From assembly GCA_037379345.1 (NCBI GenBank), contig CM074511.1, positions 42,166,862-42,230,861 on the forward strand: DNA of 64,000 bases. Reading direction: 5' to 3'. The notes beneath the pieces are model-generated. The model was not told the DNA's origin and searched no databases. It was given only the letters and a program-made list of their open reading frames with translations. How positions within the stretch are numbered: position 1 is the first letter of the stretch; every line of letters starts with the position of its first letter. This DNA comes from Perna viridis (taxonomy: Eukaryota). Of this stretch, positions 1-12,986 are shown one piece after another. The position numbers and the translations under genes were made by a program.

Positions 1-1987
1 TGTGCCAAAACAATCTTTCTGGATGTGCAAACTTTGATTAAAATATTCTTTCAAGTTTGTTAAATGTGTATTTTGTCATAATTCTGAATGATTTTTAATC
101 GATATTTGTTACAACAGATACAGTTTTATCACTTTAATTGTATTTGTATCATTTTGAATATATTAGTATGTTTTCACAATAATAAAAAAATGAATTCCTC
201 ACACTTTTGATAATGAAGTGTTTTCATCACGATTCTGTATATTACTGACTCAAACCTAATGTGTGGATGATAAGCCTGCAGAGGCTCCCTGCTCATGAAT
301 GGGTGTTCGAGAAATCACTGCATTACTCAAAACTCCAAAAACCAGGTGTATATATCCGAAAACCTCAATAAAATAGGTTTTTGCAGGTATAATTGCTCAC
401 TGTGTTAATTAAACATACTTGAAATAGGTTTTTCAGGAAAAAAATAGTTGTTTATGAATACTCTAACCTTTTCCAGTTACCTAACCAAAGTGTGTAATAA
501 TTAGAACGGCGTCAGTACTTAGAAATTAGTCACGTCTTTCTGACACCATATTGATTATTACCAACTTTCGATAGGTAGTTAGAAAGTGTTGTGATGTGCA
601 TAAAAACAATTATTTATTGAAAAACTAATTTAATGTATACTGTCAAACCTTGTTAAGTCAAATCCTAAGGGATGAGGCAAAAATGTTTGAGTTACATGTG
701 TCCAAGGTTGAAGTCGTCATTCACTCCTCCACATGTATAAGCCAACTTGCATTAGAACAGCCTTGCCAAAAATGTTCGTTTAAAAATCACGTCTCAGTAA
801 AAATTAATCTTTACTGTAATTTTTCAGGTCCTTTCTATATTTTTTTTTTTAATATTAAAAGAAATGAATATGACGAAAAAAAATTGGGAAATGTACATAT
901 AAGTACATGTACAATGTACATTTCTTTCTCCGCTGTTCAGTTCCCCAGTTCTACTGGCTGTTCAAGAACCTAACCCTATTCAGACAAAATATAGATTTGA
1001 TCAAATTACTGAAGTCAATTCATTAGAACCATATATATTGTATGTAGCTTTTCAAATATAAGCAAGGCTTTCTTCATTTTCTTGAAGTGGACCGTCAGTT
1101 TCATCTAAAATCTTTGATGTGTATGTTACCATCATAGGTTATGTGTATATAATATTCCAACTTTATGTGGAGGATTGATATTGTTCTGAGAGTGTACGAA
1201 TTACGAAACTTAGAATAAAAAAGGATAAAGCTGGAGCTGCTCGTGATGGTAAAATGAAATTTCAAGTACATTTGAGGTGAAACTTGGTGATTGATGTGGT
1301 TTTTTTAATGTCCTTAACTACCCAATTGGGTCTCGCATGGACATTGGTGAAACTTACATATGATGCTCGTTTTATAAGGAAAAGCCTATTCTATATCACA
1401 ATGTTTTGTAATGTTGATATTTGATAGTAAACTTTTTTTGTGATTTGTGTATACGATTTTTACAAAAAAGCTTGTTGAGTAAAAAGAAATGCATTTGAAT
1501 AATCACACTTAGGAATTTATCAGATATTTTGATAATGATAAAAAAAATGGTGGTTAATTTTATTTGTTGGAATGTTTATTGGATAATCTGGTTATGAATA
1601 GGAGATGGTTAATTTTCTTGTTGCAATGATATTTGATCATTTAATTACACGCAAAACAGATGTAAATTTTCCTTGTAAGGATTGCTGCTTTTTGTTACTT
1701 CTGGGACATTGCTTTTTTTTTTTTTGCATTGGTACATTTGTATATTTGGGAACATCAAGGAAAATTTAGATACATGTAACAGCTTTGCTGTGTTTGCTAT
1801 TATTTACACATTAGCAAAGGGGTAAGTATGCAATTAATTGTTCAAGATCATAAAGAGTTCCACAAGCAAATTTTAGCAAGTGGAAATAATTTCTACTATC
1901 GATATTGAATTTTAATATGCATTTAGTAAATATATCCCCGTAAATTGAATCGATGTATAGTTTCACGTTAATGTGATACTTTCACAG

Positions 1988-4900
1988 GTTTTCAAGGGTA
2001 TGGTGACCAAACACCGGGTGGGGGAGGAGGCGGATATATGTCCCCAGGATTTGGAACCCCTAAAGCAGGACAAGAGAAAAAGGTGTGTGAAAATACTTCT
2101 TAGTTACTTGATATACATTATGATAACAGAATGTGCAGACTCCATCATGCAACTACAGTGTATTCCTCTTAATCGCATACCCAACTTTTCAGGAGAAATT
2201 TTGCAATTAACATGAATCTATGCTATTATCAGTAATGTTGAATTCCGTATAGTGTAATGGTCTTATTCTCTTATACATCTTCCTGTTCTTTTATAAACAA
2301 CTCTAGGGCATTGATTAAACCAACATAATGTATATGTGGCTTTTTGACTGATTTTGCTATAAAAACATTATATCAAACAGGTGAATTACATGTAGCTACA
2401 CGTACAACTTTTAATTGAGTAGTTGTTAAAAATACATCGAGAAGGCCAGAAAGTGTCGATTTTTTTTTATATTTTGGAAAAAATTATGCAATAAACAGGA
2501 ATGTCTGTTTAGACCTATGCAATTAAGAGGATTTTTTACGGGGAAAAGATGGGTAATGATTTAGTTCTTGAAAATGGTGCAATAATCAGGTATGCAATTC
2601 AGTGGAATCCTCTGTATCAAAATATTTCAAAATAAAGTTCATATAGATGTCAAAGACTAAACCCCTCTTGATGAAATAAAATTACAAGCTGACTCCAGAC
2701 TACAAAACTAATAATGATGTAAGCATTAACAGGTGTTCAAACAATGAAAATTGTCCTTACAATACACCAATATATGTATATATTACAGTCAGGATATAGA
2801 GCACAGAATCTTTTACCAGCAACAGTAGCTGAGGTGTACAATGCGACACAGACAGAAGATAAATTCTTTTCTGGAGAAATTGAAATGTCACAGGTAATAC
2901 TCTTTACAATTAAAGTATTTATTTTCCCAATGCAGGGCCTCAAAGTGCATAAAATTATGATTGATTTTTATCAAACTTGTTCAGGTGGAAGTTTTACTGA
3001 CAGAAACACTTTTTTTCTTTTAAGGTTATAAGATAAGTATCATTCCAAAATAGATTTTTTGTGAGACAGTTGATTGTGAGCACTTGCTTTTATCCAAATT
3101 TTGTTTGCAACTTAATTGATGTCTATCTAGTACTTCATTAATGACAATTATTAAGTATCAAACCCTGCAAGAATCAGGCAGTGGATGAAACATGGTGTGG
3201 AAAAACCCATCACTATTTGTACCATCAGAATCAAGGAAAACAGACAAGGTTTTCAATATCATGCTGGACCATTGAGTTACTAAGTCATGGAAATGCACTG
3301 ATAATGAACATTTCAAGGGCAGATAACTCTGTCAAAGACTTCATTTTTCTAACATTATATTGAAAAATTTCTGCGCAAAGCCTGTGATGCGGAGATTAGA
3401 TAATAGTCTTTTCAAGTAGAGAAAGTATCCTTGAGTGTCAGATCGGTGGGGTTTTGATATGCATTTTTCAGATTTTTCCCATTTTGCTTGATTCTTACAA
3501 ACAGTTACACTTAAGGGGCAAAAACTTATTTTGTTTTCAGATTACCATGGTGGGATTGGTTACATCAGTTAATGAAACTCCGACCAGAATAGATTATGAA
3601 ATAGATGATATGACAGGTCCACCCATAAGTGTTAAACAGTTTGTAGATAATGATGTAAGTTTAGCCAGCACTTCACAGTTTAGTTTAGTTTCACACTTTT
3701 GGCTAGGGATGAAAAATTACGTAAATTGAAACCGGTGGTTGCTATAGTGATTAAAAATGAAGAATCTATTGTTGATAAAACATTTTCTGAAAAAAAGGGA
3801 CTTAAAAAGTATTATGCAATGTTTTATATATTTTCAATGTTGAAGGGGCTTTTTTTCAGTGACAATTTGACTTCATTGTGAAAGTGAAAGTAAGTCAGTT
3901 TTTTACCATCCTAAATTTAATAAGTGGATTACAAAGTGAAATAGCTCAAAATCCAGCCAGTGGTGCCCATATGAGGAAGGGGTTTTCAAAGGAAAAAGTT
4001 TGAATAGTTTCAGGGGATGAAATAAAAGTTGAAGATATTTTGCGGGAAATTTGATAGTTTAAAACCTGATTTTATGTTTTATGAACTTTTTTGCAAATTT
4101 TCGCATATTTTTCATGGTTTCTATGGTAACCCTATTTGCCGTGGGTAATTTTTTTCCAGAAAATTTTTACTGCATCCTGAAGGCCATGGCTTGAGCTATT
4201 TCTAGATATATAGATTTACAGATGCTTGACAATTTTTTTAAAGTGATAAATGTTAAAATGGATCAGATTACAAGACCAAAATTAGGCAGTTCTACAATAC
4301 TGGGAGTGCTGGCTTAAAGGGAGCTGCCAATACCCCTACACATTGAAAAAATTGCTTTATAACTTAGAAATTAGTGTTTTTATGCTATGCTTTGATACAA
4401 GGGTTAAAAAAATGTAACTTATGGTATGGACCCATGTTGTTGTTAGCAACACTACAGCTAATGACTATTATATAATGACAGTAGCATACAAATTGTAAAT
4501 TAAAATGTTCAAGAAAATCGAGTACTTGCGAACTATTCATTTTTCTTACATCATAATTCTGAAAAATAAAAAAAAAGTATTATAAACCAAAAACTATAGA
4601 AATGGTTTGAGTGTGTCAATTTCTTATGCAAATTTGATGAACGCCTTTGTAATATTGTCGACCAATCAATGTGTTTTATCGAAAGGTCTATCCCTGTGTT
4701 TTGAGCATTGTATGAGGTCATTGACATTTTGTTGACACGCCAACAATTATCCATCGACGTACAACGTGCCTTATTTGCATAGATAATATTAAAGAAGAGT
4801 AACAATACATGAAAGTATTTAAAATTCGACACCGTCGTTAAAAAAACATGTAACATTAAGAATATATAAGGCTATATAAAAACATATAGAAATATAAAAT

Positions 4901-7900
4901 TATGTTTTCTTAAATTTTTCATAACCGTTGACGTTAAATCATAACTCATTTTACGAGTCAGACTTTTTAATTAATATTTATTGACATGTAATTCCCGAAA
5001 ATCTTCATATATCAAGTTATTAATCAAAATGCACTTCGAAAATGAATTTCTTTTTAAGTGTCTTATTTTGAAATCTCATTATTTTTGAGAATCTTCAGAA
5101 ACTTTGTTCCAGAAACATTATTACTTTCATTTTCGAAATCCGTTGTTAGTTACTGAATATACAAATAGGTGAATGACACAAGGGCAATCATATTTTTATT
5201 TCAATAATTAAATGTTCATTGTTCTTGTAAGATCATGCTCAGTACAAGTATTTTTTCTTTTTACTAAACGTAATAATCTTGTAAAGTATTTGTGATTCTC
5301 GTATCATAGCCACCTGGAAATAAAATTAATCAATGTGTTTACAACATTAACTTTATTAGTCAAATCAGTATTATCCGTGTAATGTCACTACTTAATACAC
5401 GGGCATGTCACGCTCAAACAATATACAGGAAGTGGTCGATTAACTGCTAATTAACGAGAAGGAATTGTTTGGTAATATTTAGATTAAAGAATACAAAGAA
5501 ACCTAATTTTATGTTTTATGATTACAGAAGCGTATTGGGGACATCCAAAGTTTTATTTTTAAGTCAAAATTTCGACATTTAAAATCCCTTATAAAATATA
5601 ATATAGTGTTTCAATCCCCGATATAATCTGATAAAAAAATTAAATTCTTCTAGTATGAATTTTATGACTATCAAACTATATATAGAATAAATCAAACTCT
5701 TGGTATCTTTATTTACAATGGTGTGCGGACTTACTAGGCCTTTTTCTGTAAATCTCCAATGTATATATTTCAGTACTAAAGGGACAAAAATGAGTTTGAA
5801 AATTTCGTATTTTTGCGTTATTTTGCCTTTCACTTCTAGTTGTTGAAATAGATACATATTAAATTATCATAGTGGAGAGGATTTTTCAAATTTTAGCATA
5901 TTTAAAATTCATAACACCAGCCCACAGTCCTTTCGATTTTATTTTCGAATTTCATTAAGGTTGCACTCATTGTATATCTCGTTTATTTTTTTTTTACGGT
6001 TGTTGACAAAAAAAGCTATTTGTTACTCCTCAAACTTAGTACACATGTGCATGAAGGTCTTATCATGATTAAATCGCCTACATGAATACGTCTTCTAAGG
6101 TACATGTAACTGTCGTTTGCTAATTCACGCCGGTTAACTATCCAGTTTCAGTTCACAATACTCTAAACCACACTCTCAAATATTCCTACAATTTATTACC
6201 TGTCAATCAATGTCAATGCATCTTTACTTTAAACCACACCCTTGACATTTAATTGATTACCTGTCAATCGAAGGTCCAAGATAGAACACCTGCATCTTTA
6301 GCCACAGGAGAAATTCATAGCAACATAATGCAGTGCCATAAAAGGGGATGCAGTTGTAAATAGTTTCATCTTTCAAAGAGACTGCACATCTAATCTTAGC
6401 TGATTTTCTCTAAGAATTTTAAATATTACAAGCAAAAGAAGGGTGCACTTTTTCCATAACAAGATTTAAAAGTGACCACCAGAATGTGTGGGCAACGTGG
6501 ACAGAGACCAACCACATGTCCATGGTGGGCTGGTGGGAACATGTCCAAGGGTGGACACAAATTGCCCACCATTGCCCACACCCTCAGTGGAAAGAGGGAA
6601 TCGTCAAAATAGTCCTTCGCTGTAGTGTAAGAAGTCCCTAGCAACCAATTATGCTGATTTTTTGTAAAGTTAACAGAACAATCATTGAACTGATTCATTT
6701 GTGAATATGGCTCTTGCCATCACAAAGATTGGAATATATTTTTTAAAGCTAAATATTTGTGCAGGTTACATGTAAAATAGTTAACCGGGCAACTTTTAAG
6801 TGCACAATAAGCAAAGGTTTAATAACCTTAGACCTGGAGTGGGCTTTTTAGTATTTGGTTTTCAGTTCAATCAGATTTCTGTGATTTTTCATGCAATGAG
6901 CTTCAAATGCACTATTTTAACCTGTGTTAAAAGCTTGCAAAACCCCAGATGTAGGGTTTATAAGTACATATGGGTTGTGATTTTGTATGTTTTAAGTGGA
7001 AATTTTCATTTAAAAGATGATTATAGCAAAACAAGTGAAATACATATCTGCACTTAGGTATAAGGAAAGTTCTCCACTGATGAAGAGGAGATAGCCTAGT
7101 ATGAGAATACCTATAAAATTGTTATCAATTGTCCAATTATGATAAATTTGGTACCATTTTACTCGTAAGAAGGTAAGCTTTCAAGAAATAACTAGAAAAT
7201 TACAATATTTAATATCGCATTCTGCTTAAGCCAGTACTCTACAGTTTAGTTTAGTTTCACACTTTTGGCTAGGGATGAAAAATGACATAAATGGAAATTG
7301 GTGGTTGCTATAGTGATTAAAAATGAAGAATCTATTGTTGCAAATTTTCGCATATTTTTGCATGGTTTCTATGGTAACCCTATTTGCTGTGGGTAATTTT
7401 TTTCCAGAAAATTTTCACTGCATCCTGAAGGCCTTGGCTTTAGCTATTTCTAGATATATAGATTTACAGATACTTGACAATTTTTTAAAAGTGATAAATG
7501 TTGCTAAGCACCAGATTACAAGACTAAAATTAGGCAGTTCTACAATACTGTGGAGTACTGGCTTAAGGAGGTAGATCTAGGGTAAGCTTGTGTAAGCATT
7601 GATTTCATTCTGTTCAAGTGAAAGCTTGATAGGCTTCGATGAAATTGAATATGACACAAACATATTTCACTGATTTCAAGAGTTACGTCCCTTACTCAAG
7701 GTTTACCTCCTTAACATGTCCACCCATATGGTTATCACCTCTGCTTGAAATCCTTTTAAGTACTTCAAATTTTGCAAAGTCATGGAAACTCCATGAATAT
7801 CAATTTAAAAAGGATTAATTTGACATAAACCACAATTTAACTGCTCAACCTCTTAAAGGTTATTGTGAAGACAACGAAACAGCATGTTTCTTTGAAAACG

Positions 7901-10464
7901 GCATGAAGGGATTCTTGCATAGTTCAAATATAATAAAATCGAAAATTACATCAATCACTCTTACCTAGCCGCAAGGAATAATTTGTCATTTGTATAAATA
8001 TATACCACAATAAAGATAATTAGAATGGCAATTTGAAATTTAAAAATAAATATTAGTATATATTGTAAGCTTTACATTTTACCTGCTTCATCAACAGTAA
8101 AAGCAGGTTGTAGCACCTCTGTTCTGTCTCTTGCTGAAGGGGGTACCTTCTTTGTATAATTTGAAACTCAAATAGAAGTCAACTAATAGTGTTGAAACCT
8201 GGCACAAAGATTATATACATATCAAAGACATGCACCTTCATTTATGGACAAATTAAACAAATAATTTCAGTATTAATTTTTACCTATAGAACTTACCAAT
8301 TTGTCACATTTTTTCCTATAATGTCTGATGTTTCTTAACTTGCTCAGTGTTTATACATCTGTATACATATTAAAGATATTTGATGTTGACAAATATGTGA
8401 TTGTGATGCAGGTCCAGACATGTCATTGTTTTTTGTTTTTTTTTCTTTTGTAGGAGTCTCTGCAGGAGTCTGAGAGAACACAAGCAATGAGAGAAAACAC
8501 ATATGTTAGAGTTTGTGGGCATGTGCGATCTATTGGGGGCAAGAGAACTGTTGCTGCTTTCAAGATGGCGCCAATCATGGACATGAATGAATTAACTTAT
8601 CATACGTTAGAAGTAGTTTACAGTCATCTTATGTTCAAAAAATTATCAGTAAGTATGAAATCATGTTCTTTGTAAAAATGTTGAACAACATTAAGGAAAA
8701 ATACTTATTCTAGCACAAAAACAATTTAAGTTAAAATAATAAATTGTGACTACCTCAATCTCATCACTCGAATAATAATTATTTTCTTTTAAGTACAAAC
8801 ACTTTTTTAAACTTAAAATGTACAAAAATTTTCTTTAGTGCATTCAGCTCGTCATTAGCTAATAGATGTGGTCAATGTTTGAAAAAGGTTGTACACAAGA
8901 AACATAATAAGACACGGGATGAGACAAGAGATTTGACAATTATGTTATTTTTAAAGGGAGGTGGTGGAGGGAGTAGTTACAGTGGAGGTATGCAGACCAG
9001 TACAGATCAACAATATGATACTAATATGGGTAGTGGTATGGTCAGTGGTCTGTCATCTGTACAAAATCAGGTAGGCTATAGCAGGAAATAATTGACAGAA
9101 AACAGAAGATTTACTATTGCCAAAAATTGGCATGGTCAATTTTATCTTTTATCGCCACTCTTTGCTAAATACCTATAATAAATACTTTAAAAAAAATAGA
9201 GTTCAATGAAATGGAATCAAGTTCCCTCCACATGCTTAACAATATTCAAAGTGTCATACAACGAGCAAGTGTTTTAGCTTGTTAAATTTGATGTTGGGTT
9301 TAGTTGATGTGTACATGTCCTGGTATTTTATTGAAGGTTCATATGTTGATTAGAAGTAATAATACAGAGCAGGGAGCCAATATAGATCATGTGTGCCAAC
9401 AATTGAGAGGGGTACCAGAAAAATCTATTAGGTAGGATATGTCAAATAGTCTACTACTTCATACGTACAGTCTGCAATATGCTAAGCATAACCCTATGTA
9501 GGGCATAATGTGGGTTATGTATAATTTTCAAATGCCAATATGACTAGACAAGATGTATATCATTGTTCATCCCTCATTCTTTCAATATGACTTCTGTTTT
9601 CACTTCACACAATAACTGAAAAAAATGTTTAAACCAATTTTCACAAAACATGGGTAAACTGTTTATATCTGTTGATTGGCTACAAATGGCTGGAATATAA
9701 TTGCATTAAAAGATGTGTAGTCTATTCAACAGGCATTTCGGAGACCAGGAGTCCTGAACCATCTTCATTCAACATTTAAAAAATGAAATCACAAGTGTGG
9801 TCCTTTGAAATTTTTAATTTTAATTTCTTTTGTAAAGCTTTTAAATGGCTGTTGTCATTTTTCTACCAAAATCATATACTTATTACCTATAAGATAAGTA
9901 ATTCAGAACTAATTTTTCATTATATTGTTGTGAAATAATTAATTTTTAATTAGAAAATACATGTGACTTCAATTTATGAAGTTGTAATGTGCTTACAGTA
10001 ACATAGGGAATGGGGAGACTGGGAAGTTTACCCATGGATGGAATTGGGCATAGAGAAAAGGGGGACTGGGAAGTTTACCGCATGGGATTGGGCATAGGGA
10101 ATAGGGAGACTAGGAAGTTTACCCCATGGGATTGGGCATAGAGAATGGGGAGATTGGGAAGTTTACCCAATAGAATTGGGTTTAGGGATTAGGGAGACTG
10201 GGAAGTTTACATGATAAAGGAGCTGTACCTAGAGAACTGACACTATGTCAAGTTTTGTTGGTATTGATTTGGGTTCTTGGGAGATATTATGGTTCAAGGT
10301 TGTTAAAGCTCACAGTATAATGTGAAAGCTGACACAACCTACTTATATTGTTTTGTGTTAACAAAACTGTTTCATTTTCCAGGGATGCCGTTGAGTTTTT
10401 AAGTAGTGAAGGACATATATATTCTACAATAGATGAAGATCATTATAAGGCAACAGACAGTTAG
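1988..10464 (+). CDS. RPA2: Replication protein A 32 kDa subunit (RPA32); 7 coding exons seen, short first exon not located
   Basis: Phase-consistent GT-AG exons: 1988-2082 ([32 protein letters not shown]), 2789-2893 ([13 protein letters not shown]...IEMSQ), 3541-3654 ([26 protein letters not shown]), 8454-8648 ([13 protein letters not shown]...[13 protein letters not shown]), 8957-9070, 9337-9431, 10383-10464 ([26 protein letters not shown]). These match the RPA2 N-terminal phospho-region, OB-fold and C-terminal winged helix. Confidence 0.96.
3664..4313. mobile_element. TTAA-flanked MITE (Kolobok/piggyBac-like target), long copy in an RPA2 intron
   Basis: TIR gccagcacttcacagt / actgggagtgctggc followed by ttaa; homologous to 7230-7562. 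Confidence 0.75.
7230..7562. mobile_element. TTAA-flanked MITE, internally deleted copy of 3664-4313
   Basis: ttaa|gccagtactctacagt ... actgtggagtactggc|ttaa. Confidence 0.8.
7567..7710. mobile_element. Second TTAA-flanked MITE family (ggaggtagacctagggtaag TIR)
   Basis: ttaa|ggaggtagatctagggtaag ... cttactcaaggtttacctcc|ttaa; interior matches 26379-26591. Confidence 0.8.
10002..10212. repeat. G-rich ~44-bp minisatellite, ~4.7 copies, last RPA2 intron
   Basis: Unit catagggaatggggagactgggaagtttaccccatgggattggg. Confidence 0.9.
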
Positions 10465-10850
10465 ATCATACATTACTAGTATTGCTCTTTGTATATAGTG
10501 CTCAACTTGGCAGTACTGTGTACTGTTAAGTATAAAAGCAATGTATTTTATCATGTACTCTGTTTAAATATTGATATGAAAGAAACTTATCAATGTTCTG
10601 TATGACAGACATATATGATGATGAATGACACTAATCAGGGCTGATAGATGTCTCTTAAGGACAGAAATTTAATTTACAGGGAACTTGTGTACTCTTGGAT
10701 CAGTAGGTTATTTTTTAAATGAGGGGTTTCTCCATTAATTACTTGTCTTCTACATTATTTTAATGTTTATTAATCTTATCACGAAAGGTTGCAAAGAAGA
10801 ACTGTTATGAATGAATTATCCTTGATAGATACCTAGTAGTTCAAGAAAAG

Positions 10851-10856
10851 AATAAA
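10851..10856 (+). promoter_or_regulatory. Probable RPA2 polyadenylation signal AATAAA
   Basis: AATAAA about 390 nt after the stop codon, followed by a GT/T-rich tract (gtttattgtttgctttggg). Confidence 0.55.
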
Positions 10857-11924
10857 AACCTGTACATTCTCTGATGTTTTCATGTTTATTGTTTGCTTTG
10901 GGTCTGAGAGCATTAAGGTTTAGTTCTGACTGACTGACCCATGGTACAGCATCCGTTCTTAAATCAGGTGAAATGTGACATAGAAGCAGTGATATTGTTT
11001 TGCCTTAAATTACCTTCGAAGTAAGGCTGTTTCTCCTTATGAAAGCAGTGCTCGCATTTAACAACTAGCCCGAAGCCCTGTTAAGATCATATGGATGTGT
11101 GAAGTATGCAACCATCTGAAATGCACATACTACTTTTGAGTATTCATTAATTTTACAACCATAACATTTGGCATGCCAGAACTTTTTACCTAAACATGAA
11201 CCGTGTTCACCAGAAAAACTGGGCATGAAGGATAAGAAAAAAAATGTGAGCTCTTTATTCGTGTTTCCACACAATTTCTTGAGTAAATGTGAATTGATCT
11301 TTTCGAAATTATACAACAAGGTTCTATATCACTTAAGTCAGGCTTGGATTCATAACAGCCAAGAGGGACTAAAACAAACATTTTCTTTATTTATACCAAT
11401 AGCTTATTACACTTCTGCTGTGAAAGCTTGGGGTAGTGATCATTGGATTCATATATCTGTTTCGCCATCCACAACTTTTGTTACAGTTTTCTCTGCCACC
11501 TGGTGTTTTATATATAGGCTTGTCATATCGTAGGATTTGATTTCAGATTAAAGCAACACCAATTTTCCTTTTTGGTTAATTTATTTATATTTTGACATTA
11601 TGGTTTGATGGAGACTTTAGTGAACTTTGTACATAGACTTTCTAGTTTTGAACTCCTGTATAGCCATACTAAGTAGTTATTGCTGAATGGTCGAAAATGG
11701 AGATAATCCACTTCAGCGTTTTACATGTTGCAGGCAGAAGTTGTCTTGTTGGCCCAATGGATAACATTTGACTTAATTTTTAATAAAAAATGTACCAGTT
11801 GTGTAACGTTGTGTCACGTAAAACAGAATTCAGTATATCTAATACTGAATCAACGTACATGTATATCTGAGTATCTAACTAAGCCCGTTCATATAAGTAG
11901 CAGTCTTTATAAGAATCAGAAAAG

Positions 11925-12790
11925 AGGTGGTTCATGCATATCAAAAACCTATGGAATTTACTTTTATGTCTTATTTAGAAACAGTTACGACCACATACAA
12001 AGTCGTAGTTATTTATTTGGTTTTTGTACTTCTGAGATAAAACATTACATGACATGGACTTAGATTGTGTATGAAATTGACACTTTGTAAGACTTGCCCT
12101 TCTTGATTTGGTCTATTTTTGTCTGAAAAATACAAATCTGAATACAGAAATGACTACTATTACATGAAAACATTGCATATATAGACCGAAAAAGCATCAT
12201 TTGTTCAGTGGGTTTTCTACAGTGAATCACCTCTACCACATGCAGTGTATGACTTATATATGGACTGATACTGGTACAAATCAAGCAGTAGGTTAACTGT
12301 CAATTCGTTTTCAGTAGGTCATTTACCATGTGCCCACATTTTATAATTCTCGTGTTTTTTTTTCTGAGCATGATTCATTATTTTTCAATTTTTCCCCATT
12401 CTTACAGATTCTAGCACTTAATAGACAAACAATCAATGAAACAAAATAACATGAAATTTCAGAATTATTTAAAACTTGATCATTACCAACCATAAACGGC
12501 AAGCGCCACTCGAACTCGATGCAGCACAATAAAAAAAAAGTACACAATATACTCTGGCTCTTACCCCCCTCCCCCACATTCAAAGAATTATGCATTTTCC
12601 AGAATTCCCAGTATACATAGCCTTCCCTGCTTGACTGTGGATATCACTGAAGAGATAGGTTAATCATTTAGATAGATTTTGACATTTTGAATCTTATATC
12701 AGGTAAATGTCTACAAGTAATTGCAAACTTGTCAGATCTTTTAGCATGCCCCTTCTGCATTAGACAATCAATGAGAGCTATTTCGAGCTT
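11925..12790 (-). pseudogene. Probable relic of a fourth CABIT-SAM paralogue (3' flank plus degenerate SAM exon)
   Basis: 11925-12280 aligns by eye with the sequence just downstream of the paralogue B stop (26700-27242). 12610-12790 on the minus strand gives LIDCL...DKFAITCR and VKQGR fragments that resemble the SAM. Confidence 0.4.
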
Positions 12791-12986
12791 GACTGCTGTT
12801 CCATGCTTGCTTCTGGGTAATGATATTACCTGGTAATGAATTGAATCAAAATAGTATAGTGAACTTGACTATTTTTTCATCAATTTTCCTTACAACTGAT
12901 TATCATTTATAGGTTTTGGATTTATCAAAATACCTTATGTCGCCGATTCATGTCTGGAACTTCCCTACTGTTTCTGAACAATACAC

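Noticed and set aside
1-1987. RPA2 first coding exon or promoter; ORF 650-973
   Set aside because: No convincing ATG-TGG mini-exon with a phase-1 donor was found, and the ORF has no recognisable motif.
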